Assembly (NCBI GenBank): GCA_977017575.1
Contig: CDRNVI010000190.1
Coordinates: forward strand, 1-64,000
Source: Paramoeba atlantica
Lineage: Eukaryota > Protista > Discosea
DNA length: 64,000 nucleotides
Reading direction: 5' to 3'
Each line of letters begins with the position of its first letter. Position 1 is the stretch's first letter. The position numbers and the translations under genes are program-made. Under the pieces are notes generated by a model. It did not search any database and was not told where the DNA came from. It saw only the letters and a list, made by a program, of their open reading frames with translations. Positions 1 through 9,383 of this stretch are shown piece after piece.

Positions 1-1122
1 GTGCCTTCATTCTCACTCTCAGAACTTGAAACAAACATACAAACACCAGATTTTTTTGTTCACCAACACAAACAATTCATTGAACAAAATGTGAAAAAAG
101 GAAGAATCCCTTCTTGGGTCAGACCTCTTCTTTGGTTTGTGTTACTTGGTTCTCTCTCTTCTGGAGATCAAATTTCGAGTGGTTGGTCTTCTCCTCTCCC
201 TGATGATCTCTCTCTTTTGATTGACATTGATGGATATCAGATTCTTTCTTTAAAGAGAAAGGGAAAAGAAAAGGGAAAAGGAGAAGAACAGAATGATGGA
301 GAAGAAGAAGAGAAAGATGAAGAAGAGAAAAAGAGATTCAAGGTAGCGAAGAGGTCAGGTGAACAAGCGTCGAGAGATATCCCTCGATTAGGTCTTACCG
401 AAAGAGAGATACAAGAAAGATGGGACAAGATAATGAAAGAGGTTTTTGTTTGTTATGCTTTTTTTGATCCTGAGGTTGGTTATGTAGATGGTGTATCACT
501 TGTTGCAAGAGATTTCTTTCGAGGTCTTGCCCCCTCTCCTTCCTCTCTTTCTCTCTCTTCTCCTTCTCCATCTCCATCTCCATCTTCTTCTCAACTAACA
601 AAAAAAGATTTCATGATTCTTGCTTTCGCAAAATTGTTTCATTCTCTTGGAACAAGAAATCTTTTCATTGTATCTGCCAAGTTTTCAGTGTTCTTGGTCC
701 TTCAAGCAATTGTCCCAAAATTTTGTCCAAAGTTTCAAAAATGGATAGATTTAGAGTTTGATGATGGTTCTGGGAATATCGTGATATCTTTTCTCTTTCG
801 AAAGGTTGTTCTTTTCTTTGAATCAACACCCATTAGTCCTTTTCTTTGGGATCGAGTATTATTTTATGGAATTTCAGAACTTTTTGTGGCGGTTGTTGCT
901 CTTCTTCAGCTCTGGGAGAACCCTCCACCTCCTGGTCCAGATTTTGGATCCAGTGCTCTTAATATTTTTGTACGAACTGTCGAAAAAGAGCGTCTCTTGA
1001 AAGTGATGGATAAGATGCAAGAACAAGTGAGAAATTATTTATTTGAAGAATGGCCTCAGCTTTTCTATGTGGGTTGTTCCTCTGGTGTTAATGTCAAAGG
1101 TGCAAAAGGAAACAAAAATTGA
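1..1122 (+). CDS. TBC (Rab-GAP) domain protein, probably 5'-truncated by the window edge; glutamine finger replaced
   Basis: TBC motifs RPLLW (RxxxW), ASRDIPR (IxxDxxR arginine finger), YAFFDPEVGYVDG (YxQG position reads YVDG) and FLWDRVLFYG...LFVAVVALLQL. No ATG at the start of the ORF. Confidence 0.7.
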   Translation: MPSFSLSELETNIQTPDFFVHQHKQFIEQNVKKGRIPSWVRPLLWFVLLGSLSSGDQISSGWSSPLPDDLSLLIDIDGYQILSLKRKGKEKGKGEEQNDGEEEEKDEEEKKRFKVAKRSGEQASRDIPRLGLTEREIQERWDKIMKEVFVCYAFFDPEVGYVDGVSLVARDFFRGLAPSPSSLSLSSPSPSPSPSSSQLTKKDFMILAFAKLFHSLGTRNLFIVSAKFSVFLVLQAIVPKFCPKFQKWIDLEFDDGSGNIVISFLFRKVVLFFESTPISPFLWDRVLFYGISELFVAVVALLQLWENPPPPGPDFGSSALNIFVRTVEKERLLKVMDKMQEQVRNYLFEEWPQLFYVGCSSGVNVKGAKGNKN

Positions 1123-1522
1123 AATAAAATTTGTTTTCTGCGGCAGGAGTTTTTTTTTAAAATCACCACAAACAAACGCTCACACTCTCTGGTGGGGAGG
1201 GGGTTGATGGAAGAGGAACCCATGATTCAACCAAGTTAGAAAAACGAAAAATGTCAGGTCGAAGCCATCACAAATGATGAAAGTCCAAAAATTGTTGCCG
1301 AGCGAAAAAGAAAAAAAATTTCTCTCCTTGAGACCAAATAAAACAATCCTTTTTCATCGAAAAATTCAGTTTAAATGTGACTTTATGAAAAGTCGTAACG
1401 ATTCGAAAAGTCCTAAAATCCAAATAAGGGAAAAATCCGGAAAATCAGAAAAGTGTTATTTTTATTTTTTTGGTCCCGTTCTCTTCTCTCCTTTCTTTCT
1501 CCTGTTTTTCTCCCTCTTTTCC

Positions 1523-3526
1523 ATGAAACCTTTTTTCTTTCTTTCTCTCCTTTCTTTGTTCCTTCTTGGAGCATCATCACAATCAATCCCTTCTCCTGAT
1601 CGTTCTCTCTTTGATTTCATCTCTGCTGGATCCACCCTTGCTTTTCCGATCGTCTCCGAATGGCTGTATTCGTACACCCTCTTACAACCCAAAAAAACAG
1701 TTGTCTATGAAGGTGGAGGATCAGGGAGTGGGATTCGAAGAACTCTCGAAAATTCAATCGATTTTGGGTTGACAGAGAGATTCCCTTCTGATGAAGATTA
1801 CGAACTGTTTCCGAACCTTATTACAATTCCGTACGTTGGAGCGACAGTGATTCTCATCTTTAATAATCCAACCATTGAAGAATATCTGAACTCTCTTCCC
1901 ATCAACGAAACAATAGGGACAAGAAACTACACCCCACAAAATTATCTCATTCTTGGAAGAGAAACAGTTGCTGATATTTATGGAGGAGAGATCAACTATT
2001 GGGATGATCCGCGAATTCTTGCAGACAACACCCCTGGGCTTGGTGAAGTAGGAGGAGGTTCTCTCTTTGAACATATCCCAATTTTTCGTTTTACTCGAAG
2101 AGACGCTTCAGGGACAACAACTCTCTTTATGGACGCATTGGGTTCCTTTTCAGAGTCTTTTGGAGATGATTATCCTGCAAGTTCTCGATTCCCTTCGAAT
2201 CTCACGTCTCTCCCTGACTTTTTCACTGCGTTTGGGAATGATGGACTTGCCCACGCATCTTTCAATTTGGAATATTCAATTGCGTACATTAGCTCTCCTT
2301 CCAACCTCAACATGGAGTTTGCTCTTATTCCCAATTTTCGAGGACAATTGACTTCTCCTTTGAATGACAACCCTGCTTTGACAGGACTTCTCGATAATGA
2401 AGTTCCAGTCGTCAACGAGAAGAATGAAATCGATGGAGTTGACTTAGACAGAGATCAAATCTACCCAATTTTTGGATTTTCTTATCTTTTAATCAACCCA
2501 GAGATTGCTGTGAGTTGCGAGGGAAGGAGAGAGGCTTTTCTCTTTTTGAGATATTCACTGTCCGATTCGAAAATCAGGCAGATTGGTGAATCGCTTGTTT
2601 TTTTATTACCTTCTCAGAACTACGATGAAGAAGCTCTTAAGATCTTGGAAACTGTTACTTGTGGAGAAGGAATTTTCCTTCTTGATCCCGTGATGGAAGA
2701 GATTCACGAATCAGCTGCTTTCCCTGTTTTCCTCAGTCTGGCCATGTTCTTTCTTGTTGTGACGATCACCAGCTCAGCTTACTTAATGTTCACTCAGCCT
2801 GGAACTCGAAAGGCTTCTATCCTTCCTTTTTCTGTTCTTCTTCTCTGTGGCGGGTTTCTTTGTTATTTTGTTCAGATATTTTGGTATCTTGTTCCAGATG
2901 AAGACTACATTTGTCAGCTTCGCCAATGGCTGACAGCTTTTGGGTTGACATTTGTAGTTATAGCAATGGCCCTTCGACAGTGGGTCTTACTCCAAATCTT
3001 TTTGAGACGAAAACACTTTACTTCTTATACTACATCTATTCGAGATGCTCTAATCTTCATGTGCATCGTGATACTTATTCAACTCATAATCATGCTCTGT
3101 TGGACAGAAATCGATCCGTACAGTTCCTCAAAGAGATCAGAGGACAATTTGAATCAAATTTTTTCTTGGGAATGTCGGTCAGAAGATTCGTGGATTTGGT
3201 TTGGCCTCGAGATTGCTTTTTTCGCCATAATGATCTCCTTTATGATGATCACTGTCTATTTTGTCTGGAAATTTTCTGCTGATCTACCTGGACACAAGTA
3301 CACTGTTATGTCCATCTATAACTTGGTCATGATCTTCATTGTCTTGGCGATTTTATACGCTACAACAATTGAAGGAGATGACGAAGTTGCCATCACAGCG
3401 ATGGTGTCCTTAACTGTTGTGACTCTTTCCTCAGTCGGTTTAAATTTCCAATTGACTGCTGCTACTCAAGCAACAGCGACTGCCAGATCCAGATCGCAGA
3501 GTGGGGTAGACAAAGGTTCCAAATGA
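1523..3526 (+). CDS. Class C (7tm_3, GABA-B/Grl-like) GPCR with N-terminal PstS-like phosphate-binding domain; intronless
   Basis: Signal peptide MKPFFFLSLLSLFLLGASSQ. PstS motifs AGSTL, YEGGGSGSG, IDFGLTE, RRDASGTT and SIAYIS. Seven hydrophobic segments from ~2711, with the class C signature P-x4-C-x2-R-x-W (PDEDYICQLRQW). Confidence 0.85.
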   Translation: MKPFFFLSLLSLFLLGASSQSIPSPDRSLFDFISAGSTLAFPIVSEWLYSYTLLQPKKTVVYEGGGSGSGIRRTLENSIDFGLTERFPSDEDYELFPNLITIPYVGATVILIFNNPTIEEYLNSLPINETIGTRNYTPQNYLILGRETVADIYGGEINYWDDPRILADNTPGLGEVGGGSLFEHIPIFRFTRRDASGTTTLFMDALGSFSESFGDDYPASSRFPSNLTSLPDFFTAFGNDGLAHASFNLEYSIAYISSPSNLNMEFALIPNFRGQLTSPLNDNPALTGLLDNEVPVVNEKNEIDGVDLDRDQIYPIFGFSYLLINPEIAVSCEGRREAFLFLRYSLSDSKIRQIGESLVFLLPSQNYDEEALKILETVTCGEGIFLLDPVMEEIHESAAFPVFLSLAMFFLVVTITSSAYLMFTQPGTRKASILPFSVLLLCGGFLCYFVQIFWYLVPDEDYICQLRQWLTAFGLTFVVIAMALRQWVLLQIFLRRKHFTSYTTSIRDALIFMCIVILIQLIIMLCWTEIDPYSSSKRSEDNLNQIFSWECRSEDSWIWFGLEIAFFAIMISFMMITVYFVWKFSADLPGHKYTVMSIYNLVMIFIVLAILYATTIEGDDEVAITAMVSLTVVTLSSVGLNFQLTAATQATATARSRSQSGVDKGSK

Positions 3527-3547
3527 AAAGAAGATTGTGAATGTTTT

Positions 3548-6500
3548 TTAATCCCAATATTTAATCAAACCATCCCACCCACAAGTCGCAATCCGAGATG
3601 GCTCAATGGGATGCCAAGCACACCCAATACAAACACCATCGTGTGCTTTCAACTTTTTCAAAATTCTGTTGAAAAAAGAGGGGGGGGGGTGTAAGAAGGC
3701 CACATAAGCAAATTAATTAATTGTTTTTTGTGTTTTTCTCAAAAATAAAAAAAGAAAAAAGAAAAAAAAAACCTCGTTGTTCGCCAATCCCATACGTAAA
3801 CTTGTCCTCCAGATGACCCAGAAATAACATACGCACAATCAGGGGAAAAGTTTACTTGACATGCATATCCTGTCCCAATTTTTGTTAATACAAACAAACC
3901 AAAATCTCTTGGAAACAATAATCCCCTCCCCCAAAAAAAAATCCAAAAAGCAGGTGCATCAAAAATAAAAGTAGAAGTTTTTCAGATCAAAACCAACCTG
4001 CCGTGAGATGGCCAGTGAATCGTTTTTTCTTGTTCAAACTAAATCGATTGTTCGCACTAAAAAAAAAAAAAATAAAAAAATTAACAAAAATTAAAAACTT
4101 GATTCAAAAATAATAAAAAAAAGAAATAGAAAAAGAAAAAGAAAAAGAAAAAGAAAAGAGCCAAACCTGTAAATCAAAACCTGATTATCCAAAGATTGAG
4201 CAGCAAACCACTTCTCCTTTGGATGAATTGCAACAGAAGGCATCGAATGCATATGGGGTTCTTGGATCACTTTAATATCAACAGGAATTCCATACTCCCA
4301 AATCCGGATGCTTTTGTCATCGGAAGTAGAGATAAATCTCCTTCCTTCATCGACAAAAAGGACTGTATTTACTGCCTGAAAAAGGAGAGAGAAATTTTTT
4401 GTTATTACATCAAAATTATCTTTTTTCTTTTTTGTGGTTCTTTTGTTTTTCTTTTTGTTGTATTTTTCTGAAAAAAACTCACAAAATACAAATATAAACA
4501 CAATATTTGAAAAGAGAAAGAGAGTAAAAGAAAAGAAAAATGTACCATCAAATGGCGATCATATTCCTGAACAACCTCTTTTGTTCGAGTATCCCACTAT
4601 TTTTCAAAAATGAATCCATTTTGTCTAAAGAAGAGAGAAAAGAAAAAAGAAAATAACTTGAATAATCTTATTATTTGAACAAGCAGCAAGAAATTCATTA
4701 TTATTTACAGGATAAAATTTCACACAAAAAGGGATTTTCTTATTGGTGAATCGATTGATACATTGTCCTGTTTCTGTATCCCACAACTAAAAAAAAAAAT
4801 CAGCAAACAAAAAAGAAATCTTCATTGTTTAAAAAAAAAAGAGATATCAAAATAAAATAAAAGAAAAAAGAAAAAACAGAAAGAAAAAAAAGAAAAAGAA
4901 AAAAGAAAAAAAAAAAACCTTAACAAATCGATCATAACTCGCACTCAAAAACTGTTTGCCATCATTCGAAAAATCAATGGAGCGAACAGCTCCCCCATGT
5001 CCAAGATATGTTCTCGCACATTGTCTTTTGTTGTAAACATCCCAAATCTATCATTTTTTTTTTGTGTCAATAAAAGATATTCATTTTTTTTTGATTTTTC
5101 TTTCTTTTTTTTTTTGATTTAAAATGATTTTGTTTTTTTTGGTTTTTTTGGTTTTTTTGGTTTTTTTGTTTTTTGTTTTTTGTTTTTTGTTTTTTGGTTT
5201 TTTTGTTTTTTTGTTTTTTTGTTTTTTTGTTTTTTTGTTTTTTGTTTTTGTATTGTTTTTTGTTTCTGTTTTTGTTTCATTTTGTTTTTAGGTTTATAAA
5301 AATTGTTTTGGAGATATAAAATCAGCATTAAAAAGGAACAAACCTTAATCTTAGCATCCATCCCAGCAGAAAGAATCAAATGACCACTCTTCGGGAAAAA
5401 CTGAATCGCAGAAACTCCCTTAGTGTGCCCAGACCATGTATGAATTGGTTTCTTTGGCAAGTAACATTCATGTTCCATATCAATTCGTGAAGTAAGTTCT
5501 GTGAATAAAATAAATTTGTTAAGTATTTGAAGAAAACCAGAAAAAAAAATGGAAAAAGAAATACAAAATCTCAACACCAAAAAAAATTCTCATTCAAATA
5601 AAGAAAAATTGAAAATAAAAAATAAAAATTAAACATCCCAAGAAAAAAAATAGAGAACAAAAAAAAAGAAGAACCTTTTGGAACATCAACAAAAGAGCGG
5701 CCAAGATAATCTTTCAATTCCTTTCCATGAAAGACAGTTTTTTCCTCTACATCTTCTGTTTCTTCTTCTTCTTTCTTTTCTTCAGGTTTCTTTTTATACT
5801 TTTCAACCATTTCTTCGGTCTGTCATATTCAGTTAGAAAATTTTCAAAAATCCTCTCTCCTTCTCTTCTATTCTCCAAAAAGAAAAACCAAAAAAAGAAA
5901 GAAAGATAAAAAAAAGATTAAAGAAAAGATAAACAAAAAGATAAACAAAAGAAAAATAAAACAAAACAACAAAAAAGAAAGAAAGAAAGAAAACAACAAA
6001 AAGAAAAACAAACCGGCTCAGGAACTTTATAAGCCTCCAACTCAGGATGAGGTTTCCAAGGACCCTGAAAACTATCCCCCGCAGGATCTTCTCTCTCTCC
6101 CTTTCTCTTTCTCTTTCTCTTTCCTTTCTCTCCCATTTCTTCTCCTTTTTCTTGGCCAGGTAAAAGAGAAGTGACTCGAGGATTGTCGTTTTGGATGAGA
6201 GTTGTTCCTCTTGAGGATGCTGATAATGCAGGATCTTCAGCAGTTCCTGTTAGAAAGAAAGTAAATGATTTTGTTTTTGTCAAAGATCAAAAAGGTGAAA
6301 AGAAAGAAAAGAAAATCAGAAAAAAAAGAAGAAAGGAATAAAAAAAAACAAAGGAATAAAAATCTAAAAAAAAAATAAAAAAAAAATAAAATAAAAAAAA
6401 ACCAGTATTCTGAAAAGAATGATACTGTTGATGAAAAGCAAATTCATCAATATGATCTCGTTCAACAAAACCATTCCAACAATTTTTAGTAAATTCATCT

Positions 6501-7118
6501 TCTACAGTTACTCCAGGTACTTTTGTTGGTCCTTTTTTTTTCAATTTGGATTTGAATTTGGATTTGGATGTAAATTATTTGCATTTCCTATTTGCTTCTC
6601 TCTTTTTCTTTCTTTCTTTTCTCTTTCTTTCTTTCCTTTTCTCCTTCTTTTTTTCCTGCCGCACCTCTTTTCCTTCCCTTCTCGTCTTAAAATTAAAAAA
6701 AAAAAAGAAAAAAATTACCTTGAACAGGAGCAAAGAGGGAATCATAAGAAGGGTTATGATAAACAACTTTCTCATCTGGTCGTTGTAAATGGGTGTGTTG
6801 TCCAGGAAGCGCAATCACATGTGGCGTCAAGTTGACATTTTGAGAAGAAACGGAAGAAAAATTGGTTTTGATCAAACTTCCTTCTGGTTTTTTTTTTTTT
6901 GAGTTTTTTTTTTGAAAAGTTTTTTTGTTTTTTTTTTATCACCCTCTCAGAACCAAAGCTATCATAACAATCAACCATCACCCATAAAGAACAAAAAACA
7001 AACCACTTTTTGGGGGAACTACGGAAGAAGATGAGGAGGAAGGAGGGGGAAGAGAGGGAGCGGGAATTGTTGTTGCTGAATCATCATCAACCTCTTCATA
7101 TGCAGATAACAACTCCAT
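3548..7118 (-). CDS. CDC40: Pre-mRNA splicing factor CDC40/Prp17 (WD40), multi-exon
   Basis: Exon peptides [72 protein letters not shown] and terminal [29 protein letters not shown]. Exon 1 is [13 protein letters not shown]... from 7118. GT-AG introns. Confidence 0.93.
5131..5285. repeat. Low-complexity (T6-7 G1-2)n microsatellite inside a CDC40 intron
   Basis: Direct reading of gtttttttgg/gttttttgt arrays. Confidence 0.85.
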
Positions 7119-7362
7119 TCAACAACAAAACGAACAAGCTCTTTTGAGAAATGAATGAACCAAAAAACAAAAACAAAAAAAGAAAGAAAAACAAAAAAGA
7201 AAAAGAAAAGTTTTTCGAAAACCAAAAACAAAAAAACAGAAAAAAAGAGAAAAAGTGGTCTTCACCGAATCCGAAAAGAGTTGATCTTTTTTCGAAGGTC
7301 TTTAAAATGATTTTTTGATTTTTTTGATGTTTTGTGAAAAATTGGTTTTGTTTTCTTGTTGG

Positions 7363-7809
7363 ATGGCGAATTGTGATTCATCAAAACCATTCGTTTTTGT
7401 GATTGGCAGTTCTTCGATTCTCAGTATCTTGGCAAAACTCCCAGGAGGAATAAGTTTTGAACCTCAAACTGACTTCTCCGAAAAAACTGATTATCGAGGA
7501 ATCCTTGTCTACCCCCAGACGTTCTACTTTGAAGAGGAAGGAGTGGGATCGGGAGTGGACGCAATTCTGGATGGAATTCAACTGACAATTTCCCAAGTTG
7601 GAGAGATCGCTGGGCAATGTATTTATGTTTGGGTTGATCCACTGGACATTAACCTCAAAGAAAAGGTGGTTGAAAGATTGAGATTAAGAGAAAGAGGGGG
7701 TGTGTGGGAGTTTGGTGCTGATTCTGAGGAGGATGAAATTCACAAGATTGAGAAATTTTTCAAAGAAAATTTGCAGGAAACTCAACTCAAACCAGCGAAA
7801 AGAAAATAA
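7363..7809 (+). CDS. Uncharacterised ~148-aa alpha/beta protein, family copy A1
   Basis: Intact intronless ORF from ATG 7363 (MANCDSSKPFVFV...KPAKRK). Paralogous to A2, A3 and the minus-strand array at 56348-59143. Confidence 0.8.
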   Translation: MANCDSSKPFVFVIGSSSILSILAKLPGGISFEPQTDFSEKTDYRGILVYPQTFYFEEEGVGSGVDAILDGIQLTISQVGEIAGQCIYVWVDPLDINLKEKVVERLRLRERGGVWEFGADSEEDEIHKIEKFFKENLQETQLKPAKRK

Positions 7810-7860
7810 ACGGTGACATTGTCAAACTTGAGGTGGGAAGGGAAACCATCGCCCAGAAAG

Positions 7861-7991
7861 AACAAAAACAAACCACTTTTGGGGGAACTACGGAAGAAGA
7901 TGAGGAGGAAGGAGGGGGAAGAGAGGGGAGGAGCGAGAATTGTTGTCGGTGCTGAATCACCAGCCCCTTCATGAGCAGATAACAACTCCAT
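7861..7991 (-). pseudogene. Degenerate duplicated copy of CDC40 exon 1
   Basis: MELLSAHEGAGDSAPTTI versus true exon 1 [18 protein letters not shown]. The frame shifts so that [10 protein letters not shown] is read as [11 protein letters not shown]. Confidence 0.8.
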
Positions 7992-8088
7992 TCAAAACAA
8001 TAAAACGAACAACCTTTTCAAAGGTATTGAAAATGATTTTTGATGTTTTGTGAAAAAAAAAAGGTTTTGTTTTTGTGTGTTGCGTTGA

Positions 8089-8526
8089 ATGGCGGATTGT
8101 GATTCATCAAAACCATTCGTTTTTGTGATTGGCAGTTCTTCGATTCTCAGTATCTTGGCAAAACTCCCAGGAGGAATAAGTTTCGAACCTCAAACTGACT
8201 TCTCCGAAAAAACTGATTATCGAGGAATCCTTATCTATCCCCAGACGCTCCACTTTAGAGGAAAATTGGGAGTGGACGCAATTCTGGATGGAATTCAACT
8301 GAAAATTTCCCAAGTTGGAGAGATCGCTGGGCAATGTATTTATGTTTGGGTTGGTCCACTGGACATTGATCTCAAAGAAAAAGTGGTTGAAAGATTGAAA
8401 TTAAGAGAAAGAGGGGGTGTGTGGGAGTTTACTGCTGGCGATGAGGAGGATGAAATTCACAAGATTGAGAAATTTTTCAAAGAAAATTTGCAGAAAACTC
8501 AACTCAAACCAGCGAAAAGAAAATAA
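8089..8526 (+). CDS. Uncharacterised 145-aa protein, family copy A2
   Basis: Intact ORF closely similar to A1 with a short in-frame deletion. Confidence 0.8.
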   Translation: MADCDSSKPFVFVIGSSSILSILAKLPGGISFEPQTDFSEKTDYRGILIYPQTLHFRGKLGVDAILDGIQLKISQVGEIAGQCIYVWVGPLDIDLKEKVVERLKLRERGGVWEFTAGDEEDEIHKIEKFFKENLQKTQLKPAKRK

Positions 8527-8580
8527 ATGGTGGCGACATTGTTAAAGTTGAGGTGGGAGGGGAAACCATCGCCCAGAAAG

Positions 8581-8711
8581 AACAAAAAACAAACCACTTT
8601 TGGGGAACTACGGAAGAAGATGAGGGGAAGAGAGGGGGAAGAGAGGGGAGGAGCGGGAATTATTGCCGATGCTGAATCACCAACCCCTTCATGAGCAGAT
8701 AACAACTCCAT
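8581..8711 (-). pseudogene. Second degenerate duplicated copy of CDC40 exon 1
   Basis: MELLSAHEGVGDSASAIIPAPP, with the same frameshifted tail as the 7861-7991 copy. Confidence 0.8.
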
Positions 8712-8792
8712 TCAACAATAAAACGAACAACCTTTTCAAAGGTATTGAAAACGATTTTTTAGTTTTTGTTTTCTTGTGTGTGAATTGATTGT

Positions 8793-9242
8793 ATGGCGGA
8801 TTGTGATTCACCAAAACCATTCGTTTTTGTGAGTGGCAGCTCTTCGATTATCGGTGTATTGAGAGAACACCCAGGAGGAATAAGTTTTGAACCTAGTCAA
8901 ACCGACCTCTCCGAAAAAACTGACTATCGAGGAATCCTTGTCTATCCCCGAACGTTCTACTTTGAAGAGGAAGGAGTGGGATCGGGAGTGGAAGAAAGTC
9001 TGGATGAAATTCAACAGAAAATTTCCCAAGTTGGAGAGATCGCTGGGCAATGTATTTATGTTTGGGTTGATCCACTGGACACTAACCTCAAAGAAAAAGT
9101 GGTTGAAAGATTGAGATTAAGAGAAAGAGGGGGTGTGTGGGAGTTTGGTTCTGGGGATGAGGAGGATGAAATTCCCAAGATTGAGAAATTTTTCAAAGAA
9201 AATTTGCAGGAAGTTCAACTCAAACCAGCGAAAAGAAAATAA
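8793..9242 (+). CDS. Uncharacterised 149-aa protein, family copy A3
   Basis: Intact ORF MADCDSPKPFVFV...KPAKRK. Confidence 0.8.
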   Translation: MADCDSPKPFVFVSGSSSIIGVLREHPGGISFEPSQTDLSEKTDYRGILVYPRTFYFEEEGVGSGVEESLDEIQQKISQVGEIAGQCIYVWVDPLDTNLKEKVVERLRLRERGGVWEFGSGDEEDEIPKIEKFFKENLQEVQLKPAKRK

Positions 9243-9383
9243 ATGGTGGTGACATTGTCAAAGTTGAGGTGGGAGCTTGACACCTCACCCCTGTCAAACA
9301 ACCAACAAAAAGGGATAACTCACTTTGTCAGAAATAAGAGAAAAAAAATCTTTATTAATACTCTGCTGGGTGGGACAATTTTT

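Larger units (their letters stand above)
6973..9272. repeat. Tandem triplication (~870, ~720, ~700 bp units), each unit = CDC40 exon-1 copy + shared promoter + small gene
   Basis: The anchor aacaaaaa(a)caaaccactttt..ggggaactacggaagaagatgagg recurs at ~6990, 7861 and 8581, and near-identical coding blocks follow each. Confidence 0.92.

Noticed and set aside
5131-5285. T/G-rich array as telomere or interstitial telomeric repeat
   Set aside because: The unit length is irregular, it lies inside a CDC40 intron, and it matches the general poly-T intron composition.
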